From assembly GCA_004431415.1 (NCBI GenBank), contig QPMI01000306.1, positions 4,203 through 68,202 on the forward strand: a stretch of 64,000 nt of DNA, in the 5' to 3' direction. The notes under the pieces were generated by a model. The model searched no databases, had not been told where the DNA came from, and saw only the letters and a program-made list of their open reading frames with translations. This stretch comes from Cyanophora paradoxa CCMP329. Lineage: Eukaryota; Plantae; Glaucophyta. A program made the position numbers and the translations under genes. Positions 48,415 through 62,100 of the stretch are shown here, in pieces. The stretch's first letter is position 1, and each line of letters opens with the position of its first letter.

Positions 48415-49137
48415 TGCTGTGACAAAATCGAAGAAAGATGCTTCCTAAATCTCTCTGGGGGAATATGCACAAGGAGATAGCCTTAGGCAGATGAGCTACC
48501 CACCAGCAAGTCACTCAGTCGAAGGCCCCAGGTTTCCAATCTGCCAGAAAATAGAAGAAATATGCACCCCAAATCTCTCTGGGGGAATATGCACAAGGCG
48601 CTAGCCTTAGGCAGATGAACCCACCCACCAGCAAGTCACTCAGTCAAAGGCCCCAGGTTTCCGATCTGCCACAAAATAGAAGAAAGATGCACTTCAAATC
48701 TCTCTGGGGGAATATGCACAAGGCGCTAGCCTTGGGCAGATGACCCTCCCAAAAGCAAGACACTCTGGTGACTGAAAGCAAGCAAGCAGGGCCTTTGACT
48801 GAGTGACTTGCTGGTGGGTGGGTTCATCTTCCTAAGGCTAGCGCCTTGTGCATATTCCCCCAGAGAGATTTGGAGTGCATCCTTCTTCTATTTTGTGGCA
48901 GATCGGAAACCTGGGGCCTTTGACTGAGTGAGTTGTGGGTGGGTGGGTCATCTGCCTAAGGCTAGCGCCTTGTGCATATTCCCCCAGAGAGATTTGGGGT
49001 GCATCTTTCTTCTGCGGGTGGGTGGGTCATCTGCCTAAGGCTAGCGCCTTGTGCATAATCCCCCAGAGAGATTTGGGGTGCATCTTTCTTCTTTTTTCTG
49101 GCAGATTGGAAATCTGGGGCCTTCGACTGAGTGAGCC
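48415..49137. repeat. Sat124, inverted pair (minus 48415-48764, plus 48789-49137)
   Basis: Orientation switch across a ~24-bp spacer. Confidence 0.95.
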
Positions 49138-51041
49138 AGACAAGGGTAGTGGCGGAGCAGACATGCGCCTATACAGTTCACCATGTATGCCCCGGCGGTC
49201 CGGCGCTCATACACGCAAACCTGGAAAGCAATCGGCGAAATCAAAAATGCAGGCCTCTTCCTAATGCCGGCCTGGGGTATTCCCGATCCCGTTCACATTT
49301 GTAAGCCCGAATTGTAGTGATAGAGAGACAAAGATTAAAGAACCATGTCATCAGCATCATCAACACAGTCGATGAGCACAACAGGAGAACCAGAATCGTC
49401 ACTGAGAACCGAAAGGTCAGCAGGAGAGGAAAGATGCAAACGTTTAACGGAAGGAAGAAAAGATGGGTCACTGGATCCGTCCGTGAAACCATCAGAGAAG
49501 CAAGCAAGAGCAGGGGAAGAGGGTTGACGGCGCTTCAGGGTGAAACCAGGGGGCAAATCAAGGTCAGTGTCCATAGGAACAGAGGAAGAAGGAAGAGATG
49601 ACGAATGGCTCCCAACATCGTGAGCATCGTCAGTGATGTCAGCAGCAACTACAGGAGAAGACAGAGGTAATTCAGCATCGAGTTCGGGATCAAAGAGGTC
49701 AGTAATCACTTGAGGAGAGAGTGGAGGCGAACTGGTATCATCAACCGTATCATCGACAACGTCAGACGCTTGCACAGGGGGTCCCAAATCATCGACACAG
49801 CGACGACGAAGAGGCGGCTCGTCTTCAGTGTCAAACTCCGGGGGAGGGTGAGGAGGAGTGTGAGGGGGCGAAGGAGACGGAGGAAGCATAGGGTCAGGAG
49901 CAGGAGCAGGATCTGGTGCCCCAGGAGGGTCGTCGTTGTCCGAAGAGGTGCTTGTGGAAGAGTCATCAGGAGCATCAGGGCCCAGGTCTGAAAGGTCAGG
50001 AGGGGACATATACCCTGCAAGATCTTCCTTTTCAAGGCGTTGCAGCAGGACAGGCCGCACACTGGCATAGGCAAACTGAGCAACAAGGGGGCTAGGGGCC
50101 AGATCGGGGCTAGGAGCAGGCTGAGCGATATGTTCGCAATGCTCATAAGAGGCTAGGGAATGGTCATAAGCACGAGCAGCGTCCAAGAGATTAGCGCAAA
50201 ATGAGGAGTGAGATGGATCAACCGTAGAAATGAAACGGAAATCCCCACGGACATAAGTGACTTTGAATCGAGGTAAACGACGAGGAAGCATGTCCATGAA
50301 ATCATCGAGCTCGCGAAACAAGGCAGACATCAGAGTGGCCGTCTTCAAACCGGTTTTGGAGGAAGGCGTAAGGGGCAGCTGTATGTCAGGGTCCATCGCA
50401 AACGTAGCAGCAGCTTCAGAGCGACCTGTATGATAGGCTAGAGAATACGAGCCGAAAATGACGTGCAGACCAAGAATCCGAACAACCTGCCACTCCCAGT
50501 TCTGGAGAAACATCCAAGTATCAGAGAAACGGACCGAGCCAGTGAGCAGCCAGGCAACAAAGCGTGCAGAAGGGATGGGCATCGGCTGGAGCTGCAGGGC
50601 ATGGAAGAGAAGCGACCACAACTGCTGCACTACGGGGCAAAGAGCAAAGACGTGCAGCGCGTTGCAGTGCCGGTGGCAGACCGGACATAGCGAAGAGAGA
50701 AGCTCACTGTCAAGCAAATTCGCCGAAGCGGGACGCTGAAGATCACGCGCAGCCATAGCAGCGATGCGGGACGATGTGTGGAGGGCGTTGTAGCGCAGAG
50801 CAAAGTAGCCGTCAAGGACGCGCTGCGTGAGAGCGTAGCGCAGGTCGGGAATAACCGTATTGAACCAGGGGAAGCGATCGACGCGAGCATCGTAGACTGG
50901 CGGCCAGAAGAACTTAGAAGAGAGATCAGCACACCACTTAGCCTCAGCGGTCGTCGGTGCCATGAAAGCGTGGGAGGCGAGGTACTTGCACACGCCGTGA
51001 ACCGTGAAACGTGACGGGGCAGCAGGCAGCTTGTGCACAAC
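49135..51041 (-). mobile_element. Non-LTR retrotransposon (L1/Tx1-like) ORF2 3' fragment and 3' UTR
   Basis: ORF 49335-51050 has NALHT...CPVCHRHCNALHVFALCPVVQQLW (zf-RVT-type CCHC), followed by a long Pro/Asp/Ser tail; RT domain absent. Confidence 0.7.
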
Positions 51042-54000
51042 AATATGCACAAGGCGCTAGCCTTAGGCAGATGAGCTACCCACCAGCAAGTCACTCAGTC
51101 GAAGGCCCCAGGTTTCCAATCTGCCAGAAAATAAAATACAGATGCACCCCAAATCTCTCTGGGGGAATAATGCACACGGCGCTAGCCTTAGGCAGATGAA
51201 CCCACCCACCAGCAAGTCACAAAGGCCCCAGGTGTCTGATCTGTGACAAAACAGAAGAAAAATGCACCCCAAATCTCTCTGTAAAAATATGCACAAGGCG
51301 ATAGCCTTAGGCAGATGACCTTCCCAAAAGCAAGTCACTCAATTAAAGACCCCAGGTTTCCAATCCGCTACAAAATAGAAGAAATATGCACCCCAAATCT
51401 CTCTGGGGGAATACACACAAGGCGCAAGCCTTAAGCAGATGGCCCACCCACCAGCAAGTCACTCAGTCAAAGGCCCCAGGTGTCTGATCTGCCAGCAAAT
51501 AGAAGACAGATGCACCCCAAATCTCTCTGGGGGAATATGCACAAGGCGATAGCCTTAGGCAGATGAACCCATCCACCAGCAAGTCACTCAGTCAAAGGCC
51601 CCAGGTGTCTGATCTGTGACAAAACAGAAGAAAAATGCACCCCAAATCTCTCTGTAAAAATATTCACAACACGCTAGCCTTAGGCAGATGACCTACCCAA
51701 AAGCAAGTAACTCAGTCAAAGGCCTGATGTTTAGGATCTGTGACAAAATCGAAGAAAGATGCACCCCAAATCTCTCTATGCACAAGGCGATAGCCTTAGG
51801 CAGATGACTTACCCAAAAGCAAGTAACTCAGTCAAAGGCCTGATGTTTAGGATCTGTGACAAAATCGAAGAAAGATGCACCCCAAATCTCTCTGTGGGAA
51901 TATGCACAAGGTGCTAGCCTTAGGCAGATGGCCCACCCACCAGCAAGTCACTCAGTTAAAGGCCCCAGGTGTCTGATCTGCCAGAAAATTGAAGATAGAT
52001 GCACCCCAAATCTCTCTGGAGGAATATGCACAAGGCGATAGCCTTAGGCAGATGAACCCACCCACCAGCAAGTCACTCAGTCAAAGGCCCCAGGTGTCTG
52101 ATCCGTGACAAAACAGCAGAAAAATGCACCCCAAATCTCTCTGTAAAAATATTCACAACACGCTAGCCTTAGGCAGATGACCTACCCAAAAGCAAGTAAC
52201 TCAGTCAAAGGCCTGATGTTTAGGATCTGTGACAAAATCAAAGAAAGATGCACCCCAAATCTCTCTGGGGGAATATGCACAAGGCGATAGCCTTAGGAAG
52301 ATGAACCCACCCACCAGCAAGTCACTCAGTCATAGGCCCCTGGTTTCTCATCTGCCAGAAAATAGAAGATGGATGCACCCCAAATCTCTCTGGGGGAATA
52401 TGCACAAGGCGCTAGCCTTGGGCAGATGACCCTCCCAAAAGCACGACACTCAGTCAAAGGCCCCAGGTTTCCGATCTGCAACAAAAAAGAAGAAAGATGC
52501 ACCCCAAATCTCTCTGGGGGAATATGCACAAGGCGCTAGCAAGTCGCCAGAAAATACAAGAAAGATGCACCCCAAATCTCTCTGGGGGAATATGCACAAG
52601 GCGCTAGCCTTAGGCAGATGACCCACCCACCAGCAAGTCAATCAGTCAAAGGCCCCAGGTTTCCCATCTGTGCGCTTCAAATCTCTCTGGGGGATATGCA
52701 CAAGGCAATAGCCTTAGGCAGATGACCCACCCACCAGCAAGTCACTCAGTCAAAGGCCCCAGGTTTCTGATCCGCCACAAAATAAAAGAAGGATGCACCC
52801 CAAATCTCTCTGGGGGAATATGCACAAGGCGCTAGCCTTAGGCAGATGACCCACCCACCAGCAAGTCACTCAGTCATAGGCCCCTGGTTTCTCATCTGCC
52901 AGAAAATAGAAGATGGATGCGCTCCAAATCTCTCTGGGGGAATATGCACAAGGCGCTAGCCTTAGGAAGATTACCCTCCCAAAAGCAAGTCACTCAGTCG
53001 AAGGCCCCAGGTTTCCGATCTGCAACAAAAAAGAAGAAAGATGCACCCCAAATCTCTCTGGGGGAATATGCACAAGGCGCTAGCAAGTCGCCAGAAAATA
53101 CAAGAAAGATGCACCCCAAATCTCTCTGGGGGAATATGCACAAGGCGCTAGCCTTAGGCAGATGACCCACCCACCAGCAAGTCAATCAGTCAAAGGCCCC
53201 AGGTTTCCCATCTGTGCGCTTCAAATCTCTCTGGGGGATATGCACAAGGCAATAGCCTTAGGCACATGACCCACCCACCAGCAAGTCACTCAGTCAAAGG
53301 CCCCAGGTTTCTGATCCGCCACAAAATAAAAGAAGGATGCACCCCAAATCTCTCTGGGGGAATATGCACAAGGCGCTAGCCTTAGGCAGATGACCCACCC
53401 ACCAGCAAGTCACTCAGTCAAAGGCCCCAGGTGTCTGATCCGTGACAAAACAGCAGAAAAATGCACCCCAAATCTCTCTGTAAAAATATTCACAACACGC
53501 TAGCCTTAGGCAGATGACCTACCCAAAAGCAAGTAACTCAGTCAAAGGCCTGATGTTTAGGATCTGTGACAAAATCAAAGAAAGATGCACCCCAAATCTC
53601 TCTGGGGGAATATGCACAAGGCAATAGCCTTAGGCAGACGACCCTCCTCAAAGCAAGTCACTCAGTCCAACGCCCCAGGTTTCCGATCCGCTACAAAATC
53701 GAAGAAAGATGCACCCCAAATCTCTCTGGGGGGATACGCACAAGGCGCTAGCCTAAGGCAGATGAGTTACCCAAAAGCAAGTAACTCAGTCAAAGGCCTG
53801 ATGTTAAGGATCTGTGACAAAATCGAAGAAAGATGCACCCCAAATCTCTCTGTGGGAATATGCACAAGGTGCTAGCCTTAGGCAGATGGCCCACCCACCA
53901 GCAAGTCACTCAGTTAAAGGCCCCAGGTGTCTGATCTGCCAGAAAATTGAAGATAGATGCACCCCAAATCTCTCTGGAGGAATATGCACAAGCGATAGCC

Positions 54001-56115
54001 TTAGGCAGATGAACCCACCCACCAGCAAGTCACTCAGTCAAAGGCCCCAGGTGTCTGATCCGTGACAAAACAGCAGACAAATGCACCCCAAATCTCTCTG
54101 TAAAAATATTCACAACACGCTAGCCTTAGGCAGATGACCTACCCAAAAGCAAGTAACTCAGTCAAAGGCCTGATGTTTAGGATCTGTGACAAAATCGAAG
54201 AAAGATGCACCCCAAATCTCTCTGGGGGAATATGCACAAGGCGCTAGCCTTAGGCAGATGAGCTACCCACCAGCAAGTCAATCAGTTGAATGCAGCAGGT
54301 TTCCGATCCGCCACAAAATAGAAGAAAGATGCACTTCAAATCTTTCTGGGAATATGCACAAGGAGCTAGCCTGAGGCAGATGACCCACCCACCAGCAAGC
54401 CACTCAGTCAAAGGCCCCAGGTTTCCAATCTGCCAGAAAATAGAAGACTGATGCACCCCAAATCTCTTTGGGGGAATAATGCACACGGCGCTAGCCTTAG
54501 GCAGATGACCCACCCACCAGCAAGTCACTCAGTCAAAGGCCCCAGGTGTCTGATCTGCCAGCAAATAGAAGACAGATGCACCCCAAATCTCTCTGGGGGA
54601 ATATGCACAAGGCGATAGCCTTAGGCAGATGACCTACCCAAAAGCAAGTAACTCAGTCAAAGGCCTGATGTTTAGGATCTGTGACAAAATCGGAGAAAGA
54701 TGCACCCCAAATCTCTCTGGGGGAATATGCACAAGGCGATAGGCTTAGGCAGACGACCCTCCTCAAAGCAAGTCACTCAGTCCAACGCCCCAGGTTTCCG
54801 ATCCGCTACAAAATCAAAGACAGATGCACCCCAAATCTCTCTGGGGGGATACGCACAAGGCGCTAGCCTTAGGCAGATGAATTACCCAAAAGCAAGTAAC
54901 TCAGTCAAAGGCCTGATGTTTAGGATCTGTGACAAAATCGAAGAAAGATGCACCCCAAATCTCTCTGTGGGAATATGCACAAGGGGATAGCCTTAGGCAG
55001 ATGAGCTACCCACCAGCAAGTCACTCAGTCGAAGGCCCCAGGTTTCGAATCTGCCAGAAAATAGAAGACAGATGCACCCCAAATCTCTCTGGGGGAATTA
55101 TGAACAAGGTGCTAGCCTTAGGCAGATGAACCCACCCACCAGCAAGTCACTCAGTCAAAGGCCCCAGGTGTCTGATCTGTGACAAAACAGAAGAAAAATG
55201 CACCCCAAATCTCTCTGTAAAAATATGCACAAGGCGATAGCCTTAGGCAGATGACCCACCCACCAGCAAGCCACTCAATCAAAGACCCCAGGTTTCCAAT
55301 CCGCTACAAAATAGAAGAAATATGCACCCCAAATCTCTCTGGGGGAATATGCACAAGGTGCTTGCCTTAGGCAGATGGCCCACCCACCAGCAAGTCACTC
55401 AGTCAAAGGCCCCAGGTGTCTGATCTGCCAGCAAATAGAAGACAGATGCACCCCAAATCTCTCTGTGGGAATATGCACAAGGCGATAGCCTTAGGCAGAT
55501 GAGCTACCCACCAGCAAGCCACTCAGTCAAAGGCCCCAGGTTTCTGATCCGCCACAAAAAAGAAGATGGATGCACCCTAAATCTTTCTGGGGGAATATGC
55601 ACAAGGCGCTAGCCTTAGGCAGATGAACCCACCCACCAGCAAGCCACTCAGTCAAAGTCCCCAGGTTTCCGATCCGCCACAAAAAAGAAGATGGATGCAC
55701 TCCAAATCTTTCTGGGGGAAAATGCACAAGGCGCTAGCCTTAGGCGGATGACCCACCCACCAGCAAGCCACTCAATCAAAGGCCACAGGTTTCCGATCCG
55801 CCACAAAAAACAAGAAAGAAGCACCCCAAATCTCTCTGGTGGAATATGCACAATGCGATAGCCTTAGGCAGATGAACCCACCCACCAGCAGAGCACTCAG
55901 TCAAAGGCCCCAGGTGTCTGATCTGTGACAAAACAGAAGACAAAAGCACCCCAAATCTCTCTGTAAAAATATTCACAACACGCTAGCCTTAGGCAGATGC
56001 CCTACCCAAAAGCAAGTAACTCAGTCAAAGGCCTGATGTTTAGGATCTGTGACAAAATCGAAGAAAGATGCACCCCAAATCTCTCTGGGGGAATATGCAC
56101 AAGGCTCTAGCCTTA
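51042..56115 (-). repeat. Sat124 array, inverted, heterogeneous
   Basis: Several monomer variants; 544-bp duplication (ORFs 52450 and 52994). Confidence 0.97.
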
Positions 56116-56143
56116 CATACATCTTTCATCATCCATCTAGCCT

Positions 56144-59100
56144 AGAAAGATTTGGAGTGCATCCATCTTCTATTTTGTGGTGGATCGGAAACCTGGGGCC
56201 TTTGACTGAGTGGCTTGCTGGTGGGTAGGTTCATCTTCCTAAGGCTAGCGCCTTGTGCATATTCCCCCAGAGAGATTTGGGGTGCATCCATCTTCTATTT
56301 TGCGGCGGATCAGAAACCTGGGGCCTTTGACTGAGTGATTTGCTGGTGGGTAGGTCATCTGCCTAAGGCTAGCGCCTTGTGCATATTCCCCCAGAGAGAT
56401 TTGAGATGCATCCATCTTCTATTTAGTGGCGGATCGGAAACCTGGGGCCTTTGACTGAGTGATTTGCTGGTGGGTGGGTTCATCTTCCTAAGGCTAGCGC
56501 CTTGTGCATATTCCCCCAGAAAGATTTGGAGTGCATCCATCTTCTATTTTGTGGCGGATCGGAAACCTGGGGCCTTTGACTGAGTGGCTTGCTGGTGGGT
56601 GGGTTCATCTGCCTAAGGCTAGCGCCTTGTGCATATTCTTCCAGAAAGATTTGGAGTGCATCCATCTTCTTTTTTGCGGCGGATCAGAAACCTGGGGCCT
56701 TTGACTGAGTGATTTGCTGGTGGGTAGGTCATCTGCCTAAGGCTAGCACCTTGTGCATGTTCCCCCAGAGAGATTTGGGGTGCATCTTTCTTGTTGTTTC
56801 TGGCGACTTGCTGGTGCCTTGTTCATATTCCCCGAGAAAGATTTGGAGTGCATTTCTCTTCAATTCTGTGATGGATGGGAAACCTGGGGCTTCCGATTGA
56901 GTGACTTGCTGGTCGGTGGGTTCATCTGCCTAAGGCTAGCGCCTTGTGCATACTCCCCCAGAAAGATTTGGAGTGCATCCATCTTCTATTTTGTGGCGGA
57001 CCAGAAACCTGGGGCCTTTGACTGAGTGGCTTGCTGGTGGGTGGGTTCATCTGCCTAAGGCTAGCGCCTTGTGCATATTCCCCCAGAGAGATTTGGGGTG
57101 CATCTTCCTTCTATGTTGTGGCGGATCGGAAACCTGGGGCCTTTGACTGAGTGGCTTGCTGGTGGGTGGGTTCATCTGCCTAAGGCTAGCGCCTTGTGCA
57201 TATTCCCCCAGAGAGATTTGGGGTGCATCCATCTTCTTTTTTGTGGCGGATCAGAAACCTGGGGCCTTTGACTGAGTGGCTTGCTGGTGGGTGGGTTCAT
57301 CTTCCTAAGGCTAGCGCCTTGTGCATATTCCCCCAGAGAGATTTGGAGTGCATCCATCTTCTATTTTGCGGCAAATCAGAAACCTGGGGCCTTTGACTGA
57401 GTGGCTTGCTGGTGGGTGGGTTCATCTGCCTAAGGCTAGCGCCTTGTGCATATTCCCCCAGAGAGATTTGGGGTGCATCCATTTTCTTTTTTGTGGCGGA
57501 TCAGAAACCTGGGGCCTTTGACTGAGTGGCTTGCTGGTGGGTGGGTTCATCTTCCTAAGGCTAGCGCCTTGTGCATATTCCCCCAGAGAGATTTGGAGTG
57601 CATCCATCTTCTATTTTGCGGCGAATCAGAAACCTGGGGCCTTTAACTGAGTGATTTGCTGGTGGGTGGGTTCATCTGCCTAAGGCTAGCGCCTTGTGCA
57701 TATTCCCCCAGAAAGATTTGGGGTGCATCCATCTTCTATTTTGTGGCGGATCAGAAACCTGGGGCCTTTGACTGAGTGGCTTGCTGGTGGGTGGGTTCAT
57801 CTTCCTAAGGCTAGCGCCTTGTGCATATTCCCCCAGAGAGATTTGGAGTGCATCCATCTTCTATTTTGCGGCGGATCGGAAACCTGTGGCCTTTAACTGA
57901 GTGATTTGCTGGTGGGTGGGTTTATCTGCCTAAGGCTAGCGCCTTGTGCATATTCCCCCAGAAAGATTTGGAGTGCATCCATCTTCTATTTTGTGGCGGA
58001 TCAGAAACCTGGGGCCTTTGACTGAGTGGCTTGCTGGTGGGTGGGTTCATCTTTCTGAGGCTAGCGCCTTGTGCATATTCCCCCAGAAAGATTTGGAGTG
58101 CATCCATCTTCTATTTTGTGGCGGATCGGAAACCTGGGGACTTTGACTGAGTGGCTTGCTGGTGGGTGGGTTCATCTGCCTAAGGCTAGCGCCTTGTGCA
58201 TATTCCTCCAGAAAGATTTGGGGTGCATCCATCTTCTATTTTGTGGCGGATCAGAAACCTGGGGCCTTTGACTGAGTGGCTTGCTGGCGGGTGGGTTCAT
58301 CTTCCTAAGGCTAGCGCCTTGTGCATATTCCCCCAGAGAGATTTGGGGTGCATCCATCTTCTATTTTGCGGCAGATCAGAAACCTGGGGCCTTTGACTGA
58401 GTGGCTTGCTGGTGGGTGGGTTCATCTGCCTAAGGCTAGCGCCTTGTGCATATTCCCCCAGAGAGATTTGGGGTGCATCCATTTCTTTTTTGTGGCGGAT
58501 CAGAAACCTGGGGCCTTTGACTGAGTGGCTTGCTGGTGGGTGGGTTCATCTTCCTAAGGCTAGCGCCTTGTGCATATTCCCCCAGAGAGATTTGGAGTGC
58601 ATCCATCTTCTATTTTGCGGCAAATCAGAAACCTGGGGCCTTTAACTGAGTGATTTGCTGGTGGGTGGGTTCATCTGCGTAAGGCTAGCGCCTTGTGCAT
58701 ATTCCCCCAGAAAGATTTGGGTGCATCCATCTTCTATTTTGTGGCGGATCAGAAACCTGGGGCCTTTGACTGAGTGGCTTGCTGGTGGGTGGGTTCATCT
58801 TCCTAAGGCTAGCGCCTTGTGCATATTCCCCCAGAGAGATTTGGAGTGCATCCATCTTCTATTTTGCGGCGGATCGGAAACCTGTGGCCTTTAACTGAGT
58901 GATTTGCTGGTGGGTGGGTTATCTGCCTAAGGCTAGCGCCTTGTGCATATTCCCCAGAAAGATTTGGAGTGCATCCATCTTCTATTTTGTGGCGGATCAG
59001 AAACCTGGGGCCTTTGACTGAGTGGCTTGCTGGTGGGTGGGTTCATCTTTCTAAGGCTAGCGCCTTGTGCATATTCCCCCAGAAAGATTTGGAGTGCATC

Positions 59101-62100
59101 CATCTTCTATTTTGTGGCGGATCGGAAACCTGGGGACTTTGACTGAGTGGCTTGCTGGTGGGTGGGTTCATCTGCCTAAGGCTAGCGCCTTGTGCATATT
59201 CCTCCAGAAAGATTTGGGGTGCATCCATCTTCTTTTTTGTGGCGGATCAGAAACCTGGGGCCTTTGACTGAGTGGCTTGCTGGTGGGTGGGTTCATCTTC
59301 CTAAGGCTAGCGCCTTGTGCATATTCCCCCAGAGAGATTTGGAGTGCATCCATCTTCTATTTTGTGGCGGACCAGAAACCTGGGGCCTTTGACTGAGTGG
59401 CTTGCTGGTGGGTGGGTTCATCTGCCTAAGGCTAGCGCCTTGTGCATATTCCCCCAGAGAGATTTGGGGTGCATCTTCCTTCTATGTTGTGGCGGATCGG
59501 AAACCTGGGGACTTTGACTGAGTGGCTTGCTGGTGGGTGGGTTCATCTGCCTAAGGCTAGCGCCTTGTGCATATTCCCCCAGAGAGATTTGGGGTGCATC
59601 CATCTTCTTTTTTGTGGCGGATCAGAAACCTGGGGCCTTTGACTGAGTGGCTTGCTGGTGGGTGGGTTCATCTTCCTAAGGCTAGCGCCTTGTGCATATT
59701 CCCCCAGAGAGATTTGGAGTGCATCCATCTTCTATTTTGCGGCAAATCAGAAACCTGGGGCCTTTAACTGAGTGATTTGCTGGTGGGTGGGTTCATCTGC
59801 CTAAGGCTAGCGCCTTGTGCATATTCCCCCAGAAAGATTTGGGGTGCATCCATCTTCTATTTTGTGGCGGATCAGAAACCTGGGGCCTTTGACTGAGTGG
59901 CTTGCTGGTGGGTGGGTTCATCTTCCTAAGGCTAGCGCCTTGTGCATATTCCCCCAGAGAGATTTGGGGTGCATCTTCCTTCTATGTTGTGGCGGATCGG
60001 AAACCTGGGGCCTTTGACTGAGTGGCTTGCTGGTGGGTGGGTTCATCTTCCTAAGGCTAGCGCCTTGTGCATATTCCCCCAGAGAGATTTGGAGTGCATC
60101 CATCTTCTATTTTGCCGCAAATCAGAAACCTGGGGCCTTTAACTGAGTGATTTGCTGGTGGGTGGGTTCATCTGCCTAAGGCTAGCGCCTTGTGCATATT
60201 CCCCCAGAAAGATTTGGGGTGCATCCATCTTCTATTTTGTGGCGGATCAGAAACCTGGGGCCTTTGACTGAGTGGCTTGCTGGTGGGTGGGTTCATCTTC
60301 CTAAGGCTAGCGCCTTGTGCATATTCCCCCAGAGAGATTTGGAGTGCATCCATCTTCTATTTTGCGGCGGATCGGAAACCTGGGGCCTTTGACTGAGTGG
60401 CTTGCTGGTGGGTGGGTTCATCTTTCTGAGGCTAGCGCCTTGTGCATATTCCCCCAGAGAGATTTGGAGTGCATCCATCTTCTATTTTGCGGCAAATCAG
60501 AAACCTGGGGCCTTTAACTGAGTGATTTGCTGGTGGGTGGGTTCATCTGCCTAAGGCTAGCGCCTTGTGCATATTCCCCCAGAAAGATTTGGGTGCATCC
60601 ATCTTCTATTTTGTGGCGGATCAGAAACCTGGGGCCTTTGACTGAGTGGCTTGCTGGTGGGTGGGTTCATCTTCCTAAGGCTAGCGCCTTGTGCATATTC
60701 CCCCAGAGAGATTTGGGTGCATCCATCTTCTATTTTGTGGCGGATCAGAAACCTGGGGCCTTTGACTGAGTGGCTTGCTGGTGGGTGGGTTCATCTTCCT
60801 AAGGCTAGCGCCTTGTGCATATTCCCCCAGAGAGATTTGGGGTGCATCCATCTTCTATTTTGCGGCGGATCAGAAACCTGGGGCCTTTAACTGAGTGATT
60901 TGCTGGTGGGTGGGTTCATCTGCCTAAGGCTAGCGCCTTGTGCATATTCCCCCAGAAAGATTTGGGGTGCATCCATCTTCTATTTTGTGGCGGATCAGAA
61001 ACCTGGGGCCTTTGACTGAGTGGCTTGCTGGTGGGTGGGTTCATCTTCCTAAGGCTAGCGCCTTGTGCATATTCCCCCAGAGAGATTTGGAGTGCATCCA
61101 TCTTCTATTTTGCGGCGGATCGGAAACCTGTGGCCTTTGACTGAGTGGCTTGCTGGTGGGTGGGTTCATCTTCCTAAGGCTAGCGCCTTGTGCATATTCC
61201 CCCAGAGAGATTTGGAGTGCATCCATCTTCTATTTTGCGGCGGATCGGAAACCTGTGGCCTTTAACTGAGTGATTTGCTGGTGGGTGGGTTCATCTGCCT
61301 AAGGCTAGCGCCTTGTGCATATTCCCCCAGAAAGATTTGGGGTGCATCCATCTTCTATTTTGTGGCGGATCAGAAACCTGGGGCCTTTGACTGAGTGGCT
61401 TGCTGGTGGGTGGGTTCATCTTCCTAAGGCTAGCGCCTTGTGCATATTCCCCCAGAGAGATTTGGAGTGCATCCATCTTCTATTTTGTGGCGGATCGGAA
61501 ACCTGTGGCCTTTAACTGAGTGATTTGCTGGTGGGTGGGTTCATCTGCCTAAGGCTAGCGCCTTGTGCATATTCCCCCAGAAAGATTTGGAGTGCATCCA
61601 TCTTCTATTTTGTGGCGGATCAGAAACCTGGGGCCTTTGACTGAGTGGCTTGCTGGTGGGTGGGTTCATCTTTCTGAGGCTAGCGCCTTGTGCATATTCC
61701 CCCAGAAAGATTTGGGGTGCATCTGTCTTCTATTTTGTGGCGGATCGGAAACCTGGGGACTTTGACTGAGTGGCTTGCTGGTGGGTGGGTTCATCTGCCT
61801 AAGGCTAGCGCCTTGTGCATATTCCTCCAGAGAGATTTGGGGTGCATCCATCTTCTTTTTTGTGGCGGATCAGAAACCTGGGGCCTTTGACTGAGTGGCT
61901 TGCTGGTGGGTGGGTTCATCTTCCTAAGGCTAGCGCCTTGTGCATATTCCCCCAGAGAGATTTGGGGTGCATCCATCTTCTATTTTGTGGCGGATCAGAA
62001 ACCTGGGGCCTTTGACTGAGTGATTTGCTGGTGGGTGGGTTCATCTGCCTAAGGCTAGCGCCTTGTGCATATTCCCCCAGAGAGATTTGGGGTGCATCTT

